DNA of 64,000 nt from Vitrella brassicaformis CCMP3155 (lineage: Eukaryota; Protista; Chromerida): the NCBI GenBank assembly GCA_001179505.1, contig CDMY01000289.1:62001-126000 (forward strand), read 5' to 3'. A program made the position numbers and the translations under genes. This document shows, in pieces, positions 12,190-23,938 of this stretch (the stretch's first letter is position 1; each line of letters opens with the position of its first letter). The notes under the pieces are model-generated. The model searched no databases. It was given only the letters and a program-made list of their open reading frames with translations, and was not told the DNA's origin.

Positions 12190-12674
12190 GGCGTCCAAAC
12201 ACAAACTCGGTAGGTATACAAATACGTTTCGTCTGCACATGTGTAGACAACGGCTTGTCAGACACACATAAACACACCCTCGATGCAGGCACGTCGCAGG
12301 GCATCAGATGGACAGGGCATCCACACCAATAAAAGGCTGGCATTCATCGGCCCTCGCACGCATGACAGCAGCATTGAATTTCTGTCTATAAAACCTCCCA
12401 CCAACCCAGGGGGAGCGAGAGAGGCATGACGGACACACAAGAAGTGAGTGGGTGAGACAGAGGCATGGCATGGCAGCCGGCTGGAAAGCGATCATGAGTG
12501 TGTAGGTACATCTAGGCCTGCAGATATGGAGGCACTAAAAACGACGCGAACACCACCGCCGTCGCAAACTGACAAATACACACGCACAGGGACGATTGCG
12601 GTGTGGTTACCTCTGTACGTCAGACTAGCGTGTGTCGTCACGTACCTTCTGCCCCTCTCGCACAAATGGAGCGA

Positions 12675-14085
12675 TTATCGGTCGAACATCATGGCAGCGA
12701 CGGCGGCCCCAAGCACCACACGAGCCAACCGAGTCGTGATGGGGAAGCGGACTTTGAAGGCGTCACCCCCACCAGGCACGGCACACTCCGTCGTGTAGGC
12801 GCGAACACTCACTGCGAGCACACAAACGAGACCAAAGCGACCAAAGCGAGAATTAAAGTGAGAGCGTTCTTCACCATGTGCTGTGCTGTGTTGTGCCGTG
12901 CTGACCGAAGGTCGTTGGGCGGGTCATGGGTACAGAGATATGAACCCACGCGACGAAGGGGTGGCTGGCGTCGGTCAGCACGAGGCAGCGTAGCGGGACA
13001 AAGTCCGATCCCTGTCGTAGCCAGGACGTTGTGCTGGTGGTGCACCCATCCACTCGTGTGTGGGAGGACTGCATGAGCAGCGCCAGAATCCGCTCGTGGC
13101 CAACATGTCTGTCGACAGACACACAGACAAGTGGGCATGTCAGTCACATCACACACCAATATGTCCCCCTCTGCCACCGCTCACCTGCCGGCCAGGTGCT
13201 GCGTGGGCTGGCGGTTCTGGCGGAAGTGGTCGAGGATGAAGTACTTGACGAACGACGACGCTGAGGCATACAGGCTGCCGTCTTGCGGCGCACACATCGC
13301 CTTCCAGTAGCCACCCATCGGACTCGTCGAATACTCCACTGAGCAGCGGACCGGCGGGTCATGCGCCTGCCGGTGCTGGTGGAAGGGGTGGTTGGCCGGA
13401 ATTGGCGGGTCCACGATCATGTCGAAGTCGTCGTGGTCCAGGATGGCGCGCAGCCGGTCGCCCTGCTCGAAGAGCTGGAAGCACACCTGCGGCCGTGGCT
13501 CGAACGTCATGCTGGACGGCAGCATGACCTTGGCATCGCCGAAGTTGATGTGACGGCCGACGAGCTTGAGGTGTGCCAACACACGTGGCTCAGATAAGAA
13601 TGCCTGCACACACCAATCACATAGTCGAAATCACATTTCCCCCGCCAAACAAAGCGGGACCATCCCAATCTCACCGTCTTGTTTGCGTATCGGTCGAGTA
13701 TGTCGGCAGCAGTGAGGCTGACGGGCAGGTGGCAGTAGCCGCACTTCGCCGCCAGCTCAATCACCTTGCCCATCTCGTCCGAGCCTCCCGCCTCCGTCAC
13801 GCACACCGCCGTCAGCAGGGCGGCCTCATCCATGTGCTGATCGTCGAACACCAGCAGGCTGAGCGGCTGCCCGTTGACCACCCGCCGCAGCCCCGCCTGC
13901 TGGCTGAGTGAGTGGGTCAGCCACTGCCGCAGCTGGGCCGCCCTGAAGGGGTTTCTGAGCCACTTTGCTGTGACTCGCAGCGTAAGTATGTCCTTGAGGC
14001 CGAGCAGAAAGTTGCTCCGGCGACCAACGGACACGTAGTGGACGGGATGCTGCTGCTGCTGCTCCTGTTGGGGCTGCATCATCAC
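12675..14085 (-). CDS. Lineage-specific hypothetical protein with an F-box-like N-terminus
   Basis: Coherent spliced ORF: ...LLGLKDILTLRVTAKWLR..., DPPVRC...LYASASSFVKYFILDHF, LVLTDASHPFVAWVHI, and last exon VSVRAYTTECAVPGGGDAFKVRFPITTRLARVVLGAAVAAMMFDR* (TAA at 12675-12677). Family assignment is from recall of expanded chromerid families and was not searched. Confidence 0.7.
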
Positions 14086-14343
14086 GGCCGTTGGATCTAT
14101 CGCCGAGGGGACGAGGGCGCGAGGAGGCGGTTGGACGAAACGAGATGGGAAGAAGCAAACGGCCGAGTGCGATGCGTGAGTGATTTTTTGAGCTAAGCTC
14201 GCATGATTGGCTTTGCGAGATGCGCGTGATGCGATGCGAGCACCTTAAGCACTTTACTACGTAGACGAGCCTTCCTTTGTTGCCGCCTGAGATGTCATTG
14301 AGCCGCTGTTAGATCCGCTGTTCCCTCCCTGCGACCTATCTAC

Positions 14344-15359
14344 ATGCCCAGGATGGCCGAGTCCGGCGTGCGTCGCACCTCCAACCGGACGGTCTTCGAC
14401 GGCGTGACCGACAACGGTGCCCCTGAGGCCATGCTCAATGGTGCTGGGCCGGGTCGCGCCAAGGGACGGTCGGGCTCCAAGCTGCTGCGGCGGATGGTGG
14501 CAGCTGTCACGGTGCTGGCCATATTCGGCACTTCACTCACCTTCCTGCTATTCAGGTAAACCCATGACACTCGCAGACAGATCCATGACATCGTATTGCT
14601 GAGTGTTGTGCTTCTTTCCCCTTCGTGGTGCGGTGCAGATCTTTCCTCTATGACCCGGGGTATAGTCTAGACCCGTCATACCTCTACTCCACCCACTACG
14701 GCCAGCTGGACATCCCCCAGCACCGCTCACTCTCCCGCGCAGCCAGGCACAGACTCGGCGGGGCCAAACGCGACGCAGCCAGCCAGGCGGCCGCCTCGGG
14801 AGGCAACACGAGCAATCAGCAGCCGCAGGCGGGCGCTTTCTCTGCTGTTGGTGAGGTGGATGTTGCGGCAGCAGCGGTTGCAGCAGCGGTTGCGGCAGCG
14901 GATGAAGATCCGAGGCGTCATCGGCCCGAGTACATTCAGGAGTTCCTCGACTGGCTAGGGAAAAATGGGATGCCCTCGACTAGCTACGAAGGGTCCGTCA
15001 AGACCGACATGTCCAGCGGCCGGCTCGTACTCAAGGCGGCACGGTGAGTAAGCGGAGAGAGAGAGAGAGAGAGAGAGAGAAGGCTGTATGCGGAAAGAAA
15101 GTATGTATGTGTGTGTGTGTGCGTGTGTCTGGTGTAGTGACATCAAGTGGGGTGAGCTGATCTTGAGTGTGCCGGCCTCGGCTGTTCTCAACATCACCGC
15201 CGCCAAATGGAGCAGACCGGGCGGGCCGCTGATCGATGAAGCTCGCAAACGACGTAACACAAACGATGCCACAACCACACACACACACACATCCATCCAC
15301 CCACCGATTCATTCAGTCATTCCACGTGAGCTTCCTCGCCTGTTTGGTGCCTTGGTGTC

Positions 15360-15397
<38 letters not shown>

Positions 15398-17574
15398 TCT
15401 GTGTGTGTGCAGGTGATCTGTCCGTGGAGGAGGCCATGTATGCCTTTGCGATGCACGAGTGGCTGCGGGCGGACAAGAGTCACTGGTGGCCATGGATCAA
15501 GCTGTGGCCGCAGCAACCTGACGCTATCGTCTACTTCGACCAAAAGAATCTCGATGAGGCGCAGGTGAGACTGGCACATTGAGAGAGAGAAAGGGATGCC
15601 CGCCCGCATCTCTTTGTCTCAATGTCCGGGAATGGGCGATGTATGTGTTGTGTGCGCAGGATTTCCGGTTGTCTGATGTGCGTGACGATGAGCTGCAGGA
15701 CGTCACTCGCCAGTACCAACACATCTTCGCAGAGACGCTCACACGAAAGAACAAGAAGATATTCCCGCCAACCCTCTACACAGGCACGTGACACTCCACA
15801 CACACGGCGCACCGACCGACGCGCACACATTGCACCTTGTGAATGGGTGGGTGGATGTGTCCTGCAGAGGATTTGTTCAAGTGGGTGCGTTCGAATCTGA
15901 TGTCGCGGTTTTTCCACGTGGCCGATGCGGTGGAGCAGATCTACGTGCCGCTCGTGGACTTCCTTGACCACAAAGACCTGCCCACATGCAATCAGGTACA
16001 CACACACCCACACACACACAGATGAATGAGTCCATCCATCCATCCATCCAACCAATCGGTCGATCAACCAATCGGTCGATCAACCGACTGATTGCCTGCA
16101 GGACGACGACACGATCATGTTTGGGTGGAACGCCAAGACGCGTCGGCACGAGGTCTTCGCCAACGAGGACTCGCCGGCCGACACCCCGCTGTCCCTCTGC
16201 TACAACCCCGACACCAACATGCAGCTCCTCAGGTACTACGGCTTCGCAATGCCCCAAAACATATGGGACGAGGTGACCGTGGTCGTCACCATCGATAACA
16301 CCGACACGGACACAGCTGACGGGGGCGGTGGCGGCGGTGGCGGTGGCGGCGAGAATGGTGGGGGTGGTGGGGGCAAGGGCGGCGGTGGGGGGTGGGACGA
16401 GGAGGACGTCAGTATGAATGACGGAGAGCCCTACACAATGGAGGTCATGGTGCAGGTAGGTCAGACGGACAGACAGACAGACCATCCGTGTGTGTGTCGA
16501 CCTGTCCATCCTTGTGTGTTGGTGCGCGTGTGTGTGTGTGTGCAGGACCCCCGCCGCCCGGACTTTCAGCTCGAGAAGACCATTTTGGAGCTCTGCGGCG
16601 CGGCAGAGGACCTCTGGACAGACGACGATGCCGAGGACGGTGGGGTCGGAGCACAGCAGGAGGTGCCGCCCACCGGCATGACCAACACATGGATCAACGA
16701 CCGCCGCCGATGGCACGAGAACGACGTTGACGCCATGCTCGCACTCTACCGACAGAAGCGAGACAAGGCGGCAAACGCCCCACCAGCAGCAGCTGACAGC
16801 GAGGGTGACGGTGGTGGTGGTGGTGGTGCCAAGAAGGCGGTGCAGGTGACTCCCTGGTGTGTGGCGCAGTCTCTGTCAGTGCTGGACGACGTGTTGAAGG
16901 GCTACCCCACGACCCTTGAGCAGGATCAGCAGCTGTGGCAAGAGCTGACGGGCAAGGGCGGCGGGGTCAGCCAAAGCCGAAAGAACCAGAGACAGGACGC
17001 CGCCTACAGATCTGCTGTCGCATATCGGTGAGTGAGGCCACCGACACACACAACACTACCATACACACATGCTCCTGTCTGTCTGCCTGTGTGTGTGTGT
17101 GTGTGTGTGTGTGTTGTGTGTGTCATCAGTCTGAATGCCAAGCGCATCTTGACAGAGGTCAAGGCGACCATCATCAAGTACCGCGATCTCCTCAAGATCC
17201 CCGTCGTCGACGTCAACAAGGCCAAACCAAAGACAGGCGCAAAGGGCAGCAGCGACAGCAAACAGACCATCGACAACAAACCACCGGCCCCTGCAGCCCA
17301 CAACCAGCCCCCACCAGCACCAGCAGCAGCAGCAGTGGACACATCAGACCAGAAGGCCAGCAGCGGCAGCGGCAGCAGTGAGGGCAAGGAGACGGTCAAG
17401 CAGCGGCTGGAGAAGCTCAAGATGGCCGGACAGGTGCCCGACACACACCAACAGCTACAGGGAGACGGCAAGGGCCAGCCAGAGGGGCAGCCAAAGGACA
17501 AGGGCCAGCAGCCACCAGCACCACCACCAGCAGCAGCGAATGACGGGCCGAGGGTAGCCGTGGCGCAGCGATAG
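14344..17574 (+). CDS. SET-domain protein (Rubisco-LSMT/SETD3/SETD6-like) with an N-terminal signal anchor
   Basis: Exons give EFLDWLGKNG...GRLVLKAARDIKWGELILSVPASAVL, SHWWPWIKLWP, FKWVRSNLMSRFF, YVPLVDFLDH, LSLCYNPDTNMQLLRYYGF and a LSMT substrate-binding-like tail LKGYPTTLEQDQQL...AVAYRLNAKRIL. A TM segment lies at about aa 51-70. Confidence 0.85.
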
Positions 17575-18320
17575 CAGAGGGGCAGGGGGAGGGAGGGGGG
17601 CATTAATTGAGGGTGGCTGGGTGTTGACGGACGGATGGATGGATCTATCCGTCTGTCCGTCCGTCCACATCACTGTGTATGTATGTATTTGTGCAGGGGA
17701 GGGTGGCGGGGTGGGGTGGTGGGTGTATTTAGCTTGCTCATGGCTGACCCACGAGCGGATGACAGACAGGCAGGCAGGCAGACGGCAGCCACAATGTAGG
17801 TGTGTGTGAGGTGAGGCGAGCCAGGCGAGGCGGGCGATATGATAGGTAGGTGTGTGTGCCGTGTCCTTTGGTCCGTCCCTTTCCTCAGTCTCTCATGAGT
17901 GTGCGTACGTGTGGCTGTCTTACCTGTCCAGTTGGATCACTCATACAATGAATAGATAACCGACACACTCAGATAAGACAAGAACGAGCTATCAGTCCCA
18001 ATGTAGGGTTCAGTGGTAGGGTGCAAAACCTTCTCGAAGAACGCGTTTCGGTGATGAGCAACGGGAAAAAGAACGTCTTCAACCAGGTGTTTCACGTTTC
18101 CGAGCGCCCTCCCCGCCCTTTTGACTGGTTGTATAAATGAAAAAACAGACAGATCTGAGTTGTGTGGTGAAGATCTCTCCTGCATCGCACCTGCCGCCCG
18201 AATGCCCCTCCATTCGGGGTTTGAACCCTTCGGTCTACAAACCCCGCTCACGACCCTTCGGTCTTAAAACCTTTCAGTCTACGCTAGCCTTAAAACCAGT
18301 TCCGGCCGTCAACAGGGTTT

Positions 18321-18343
18321 AAACCCTTCGGTCGTCAAACCCT
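18321..18343 (+). promoter_or_regulatory. Paired telo-box-like element 7 nt upstream of the ATG at 18351
   Basis: AAACCCTTCGGTCGTCAAACCCT. Confidence 0.5.
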
Positions 18344-18350
18344 GCTCAGG

Positions 18351-19004
18351 ATGTGGCGGCGTCCCCTGGGCCTTTATGAGGGGGTTTTTGACGTGTCTAG
18401 GTGTCCTACCGAGCGTCCTCGATGGCAAGGTCCCTTCCCTGAAGAGTGCGAGGGCTACAAGGACGTGCCGGTGTACTACAAGAACCACCCACAAAGGTGT
18501 GCCGACTGCGCAGCCAGACCGGGACCGAAGGGGAGGCCTACAATGTGAAGCTGATATGGAAAAAGTTCAAATCTCGCGGACTGGAGGCCAACAGGCTGGT
18601 CAGCCAGACCAATCAGAGGGGACTCATTCCATTGGTGTTCAAAGTGTCGGTATTGTCAGGTGCGCTTCATTGGCACACGTGGTGAGTTTGAAGTACGCTA
18701 CCTGGAACACCGCGATGCATACGCCATCTGGGTGGGTGAGGCGCCGAAAGGGAAAACTGACACGAAGGCACACGGACGCAGACAGACAATCGTGACTGCC
18801 TGTCTGACTCTCCCTCTCCATTTGTGTGTGTGTGTGTGTGTGTGCGTGCGCCTGTGTGTGTCAGGGCCACTGTAGAGTCCCGAGAAGGAGGAGATATGGC
18901 GGAGAGAGAGCGCCTTCTTTTTGGTGAAATGGTGGCGCCGCTTCAACGAGAGGCGGCGGCAGCGGGCAGCCCATGATGAGGGAACTCAACCATTACTCAC
19001 CTAA
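18351..19004 (+). pseudogene. Disrupted copy of the small 3-exon gene carried in the inverted repeat
   Basis: Relative to 23939-24553 it has a 2-nt insertion near 18492 (frameshift) and TGG>TAG at 18873-18875. Splice sites are retained. Confidence 0.7.
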
Positions 19005-19390
19005 GTGAACTGAGGCGGGAGAGGCAGTCGTGTCCATGATGTGTGCAGCTGGGAAGGAGTAGATATGGGACGAGAGAGGTAGTTGCAAATAAACAGACAC
19101 CGGCACAGCTCTGTCACACGACGACAGAGCTGTTTGTTCCTCCATGTATATAGGCAGAATGTTTGCATGTGCGACGCCAATCTGTTTTTATTGTCATTTC
19201 CTGTATTGACGGCACCGTTTATGATGCTTGAGACAGACGACAAAAGTCAAGACAACATCGTGACAAGCCAGCCGAGGGTCTGCCGGTAGCTGGGCCCGAA
19301 TGTGCCGCGCCAGACATTGAGCAGAAGTTGAACTGTCGTTGTTGAATTCCTCCGCCGTCGATCTCATATGTTGCACTCTGGCGGGCCGAG

Positions 19391-19413
19391 AAACCCTTCA
19401 GTCTTGAAACCCT
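19391..19413 (+). promoter_or_regulatory. Paired telo-box-like element upstream of the HDAC gene
   Basis: AAACCCTTCAGTCTTGAAACCCT, about 270 bp before the HDAC ATG. Confidence 0.5.
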
Positions 19414-19612
19414 GCAGGTTTTTGACTGGCGCTCCGACATCACCACGCGTTTACCCGCGCTTCACTCCGATCGCCGAATCGCCGAGGCGCCGCATCGCCA
19501 TACACGGGAAAGGAGTGGAGCACCTGATCTGATCAGCCGGCTGGGAACGAGGAAAGCCTCACAAGCAGCACCAGCAGCACCAGCAGCAGCGACCACAGCA
19601 GACCAACCGCAC

Positions 19613-19672
19613 ATGAGCCAGTCGCAGGCTCCGCAGCAGCCGCCAGATTCAGCCAGTCAAGTCAGCAGTTGA
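19613..19672 (+). promoter_or_regulatory. Candidate 19-codon uORF in the HDAC 5' leader
   Basis: ATG at 19613, MSQSQAPQQPPDSASQVSS, TGA at 19670-19672, 12 nt before the main ATG at 19685. Confidence 0.4.
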
Positions 19673-19684
19673 GAGGAGGAGAGG

Positions 19685-20740
19685 ATGGCGAATCGTCAGA
19701 AGGTCGCTTACTTCTACGACTCTGACATCGGGAGCTACTACTATGGTGCGGGGCACCCCATGAAGCCGCAGCGCATGAAGATGACACACGCGCTCATCAT
19801 GGCGTATGACCTATACAGGAAGATGGAGGTCAGCCACACACGCACACAAGGGAGGGAGGGAGGCCGGGAGGGAGGGACGGAGGGAGGAGCCTGTGTGTGT
19901 GTGTGTGTGTGTTGTGTGTGAAGGTGTACCGTCCCCACAAGGCGAGTGACCCTGAGCTTGAGATGTTCCACGAGCAGGACTACATCAACTTCCTCTCACA
20001 GATCAACCCAGAGACCACAAAGGTCAGACAGACAGACAGACAGACACACAAGGAAGCACACGCACACATGATCAGGTTCTTACGTGTGTGTGTGTGTGTG
20101 TGCGTGTGGTGCTGCTGTTGACCGATCAGGATTGGATCCAGCAGATGAAGCGCTTCAACGTGGGCGAGGCCACCGACTGCCCCGTCTTCGACGGACTCTT
20201 CGAGTTCCAGGTGTGTGAATGAGTGATACCGACCAATCTGCTGCCTGTCTGTCTGCTTGCGATGTCCATCTGTGTGCGTGCGTATGTGTGTGTGTGTGTG
20301 CAGCAATCGTGTGCGGGTGCGTCGATCGACGGCGCGCAGAAGCTCAACAACGGCCAGAGCGACGTGTGCATCAACTGGTCTGGGGGGCTGCACCACGCCA
20401 AGAGGGCAGAGGCCTCGGGCTTCTGCTACATCAATGTGAGAGCGCACGGGCAGACAGACGTCCAGGCGACCACAGACACCCAGAGAGGGAGATTCACCCA
20501 TCCATCTCTCTGTGTGTGGGTGGGTGGGTGGATTGGTCCAGGACATTGTGCTGGGCATATTGGAGCTGCTCAAGTACCATGCTCGCGTAATGTACGTCGA
20601 CATCGACATTCATCACGGCGATGGGGTCGAGGAGGCATTCTACGTCACACCGAGGTAGGTGGGTGCAGTCAGGCAGACACACACAATACAGTACTGAACG
20701 CCATAGCCAGGTGGAATCGCCTGTATGTCTGTGGTTGTCC

Positions 20741-20774
<34 letters not shown>

Positions 20775-22108
20775 GGTGATGACAGTGTCGTTCCACAAGT
20801 TTGGCGACTTCTTCCCGGGCACAGGGGACATCACCGACGTCGGAGCCCAGAAAGGTGACTGACCAGCCAAACAGATGCTATGCTGCACACCGATGAGTGA
20901 GTGCTCCATCTGCCTGTTGTCTGTCTGTCTGTCTGTCTGTCTGTGCGTGTGTGGTGTGGCACAGGCAAGTACTACTCAGTGAACGTGCCGCTGCAGGACG
21001 GCATCGACAACGAGTCCTTCCTGGCCCTTTTCCGCCCCATCATGAACAAGTGCGTCGAAGTCTACAGGCCGGGCGCAATCGTCCTCCAGTGCGGCGCTGA
21101 CTCGCTCCACGGTAAATAGGGGGCGATCGATGGATGCATCGCATCCAGCCATCCACACACACATGCATGTGATGTGGCTGCACATGACATGTGGCGGGTG
21201 GGTGGGTGCGTTCAGGTGACCGTCTGGGCAAGTTCAATCTGACGATCCAGGGCCACGCTGCGTGTGTCAAGCACTGCCAGTCTTTCAACATCCCGCTGCT
21301 GGTGCTGGGCGGCGGCGGATACACCATACGGAACGTCGCTCGGTGAGTGAGCAGTCGTCAGTCCAGTCAACACACAGACAGGGAAGGAGGGAGGGAGGGA
21401 CCAGTGGGATGCCGGCCGATAGGTGAATGCCTGTGTGTGTGTGTGTGTGTGTGTGTCCATGGGATGGGCGTGCCCATCCATCCATCCATCAGGTGCTGGA
21501 CTTATGAGACGGGTGTGATCCTCGGTGACGAGAACAACATGGACAACCAAATACCTACAAACGTACGGATCGCATCCCATGTGCCCACCCACCCACTCAG
21601 GCACTCAGAGGGATATGGCCTTCGTGTGTCTGCGCTTGTTGACCAGGACTTTTACGAGTACTTCCACCCCTCGTACGAGCTGCTGCTGCCGGCCGGCGGG
21701 ACGGTCGTCAACCAGAACCCCAAAGACCACCTGCAGAAGACCAAACAGCGGGTATTCGAAAATCTCGGATTTCTCGAACACGCCCCAGGTCGGTACCAAC
21801 CACACACAACACACCCAACCACACACACACGCACGCACATTGCCCCGTGTGTTGTGCACCCTTCTCTCTCCTCCCTCTCTGTCTCTCTCTTTCTGTGTGT
21901 GTGTTTAGGCGTTCAGTTTTCGCACGTCCCGCCGGATTTCTTTGACGACAACGACGACGAGGACGAAGAGATGCAGCGGACTGTGGGGTGGTCGGGCGGC
22001 GGCCGGGCCCCGGGCATCATGGACGGGGGCAAGGGCACACACAGAGTAAGGGGCAGGGACAACCCCAATGACCTCTACCCTGAGAACCTTAGAGCGCGAG
22101 CAGGATGA
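19685..22108 (+). CDS. HDAC3: Class I histone deacetylase, apicomplexan HDAC3-like; 11 exons
   Basis: [111 protein letters not shown] and [15 protein letters not shown]. All junctions are GT-AG. Confidence 0.97.
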
Positions 22109-22391
22109 ATGACCAGACTGATCGACTGACATGCCTGTGGGCGTCCATGCCAGGCACACTCACAGAGAGAGACACACAGGCTTTATTATTCCGTGCTTGC
22201 TGAGATAGATGGTCGTCGGTCAATGTTGGAAGATGGTTTATGCAGACAGACAGAGGTCAGGTCGCGCAGCCACAACACAGCAGAGTGGCAGGCAGCACAT
22301 TGAGAGAGAAGGCGTCACAGATAAGGCACCTGGCTCGAGAAACCGAGACCAGGTCAGGTCAGATCAGAAGGTCCTGCAGTCAGTCAGTCGG

Positions 22392-23287
22392 TCACTTGGA
22401 GGAGAGCATCATCATCTGGATGTAGTCGGTGTAGTTGAACATGCCATCCGCACTGTCCAGCTGACTCACCAACGTACGACCCTGCACACATACACAACCA
22501 TCCCGCACACACACACAAGGAGAAACAGAAAGAGAAAGACCTGCAGAGACCGACTCATGCGCACGCGCCATATCTCATCTCGACCTCGTCTTCGCTGAGT
22601 TTTTCGTGGCCATAGGTGATGAGAGCCTTCTCGAGGTCAGCCACACGAATCTGACCCTCAGGCGCATCACCAGAAAACACCTGCACGCAGGCAGACACAC
22701 ACACATACACACACACAATCGGTGTCTCCTTCGGCTGGCCGGCTGGCTGCAGGTGCGAGGCTCACTTACTTTGAAAGCTCTCCTGACTTCGTCTGGTGTG
22801 TAGTCGGCGTTGACTTTGCGCGACATGACCTTGACGAACTCTGAAGAGGGAGCAAACAACAAGCAACAAGCAACAAGACAGCGCAGCAGTCTGCTGTCTC
22901 GATGGTGCGGGTTGAGATGACATGAAAAGGGCTGACCGTCAAAGTCGATTTCGCCGTCTCCGTTGTCGTCTATCTCGCTCACCATCAGCTGCAGCTCCTC
23001 CTGCGTAGTCGGGATGCCTAGACACCACACAACACAACAGGACACACACGCCACAAGACCAAGAATCACAAGCCAGTGACCCGTTGTGCCGTTTCCCCGT
23101 CCCCCCGTCCCCTCTCTCGGCTTTTCTTTGCCCTCAGCTAATGGCAGACAGCCCCCCATTGCTCACCGAGTGTCTCCATGAGCTTCCCCAGCTCATCTGT
23201 CGATATGCTCCCGCCGCCGTCGGTGTCCACGAGGTTGAAGATCTCACGAAACTCACGAATGTCGTCGTCTGTCAGGTTCGACGCCAT
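22392..23287 (-). CDS. Calmodulin-like EF-hand protein, possibly flagellar outer-arm dynein LC4-like; 5 exons
   Basis: MASNLTDDDIREFREIFNLVDTDGGGSISTDELGKLMETL|GIPTTQEELQLMVSEIDDNGDGEIDFD|EFVKVMSRK...|VFSGDAPEGQIRVADLEKAL...|GRTLVSQLDSADGMFNYTDYIQMMLSSK*. EF1 and EF2 are canonical; EF3 and EF4 are degenerate. Confidence 0.9.
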
Positions 23288-23938
23288 CCTGCCGATCTCA
23301 AAGGCGGAACACACCGAAATCTGCCACGCGCCGGCCAGAAACTGCGAGCTAAGATTGCGGCCAGGCTGCATGGTTGCCCAGCTTGGTGCAGACATTGTTC
23401 AAGGCAAAATGTTCATGACCGAAAATGATCATACACGAGACAGATGTCTCGCCGCCCATGATCCTTTATTTGTTTGTACACACAACGAACGGCTCATATG
23501 TATGTGCATCAGATGTGCATGCGTGTGTTTGTCTGTCTGGGAGGGGAGGGAATGTACACCGTGGCATCCACGCCTAGCTCGATAAAACAGTGCCGACTGT
23601 AGAAAACAGTGCTTGACTGACTACACACACAATTGTACATTCACGAATTATCGTGTCGTCCCATGACAAACGTGCCTTCATGCGTATGCCTGGAGGGACG
23701 GACTGACTCATCTCTCGGCCCGCAAACTGAAGAGCTGCGGTCTGCTGCCACGCAGCTGATGAGCTGCTGACTCCCGTCACCATGACAACTCCTCCACGCC
23801 ACAGACAGACAGACAGACAGACAGAAGACTGTGTAGGTGTCATCAGCTGAAATGGTGCCTTACCTTCAGTGACGACCTGAGAAGTGCCGGTGGATAACTC
23901 GTCGACCGAACACGACCGCCTCTCCCGCCTTAGTTCAC

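Larger units (their letters stand above)
18140..19033 (+). repeat. Left arm of an inverted duplication (partner 23910-24712)
   Basis: Colinear with the reverse complement of 23910-24712, from AAAAACA.ACAGATCTGAGTTGTGTGGTGAAGATCTCTCC to AAGTGAACT.AGGCGGGAGAGGC.GTCGTG. Confidence 0.92.

Noticed and set aside
18215-18345. CRISPR-like repeat-spacer array
   Set aside because: Only 3-4 short degenerate units with irregular spacing, in a eukaryotic context with no cas genes.
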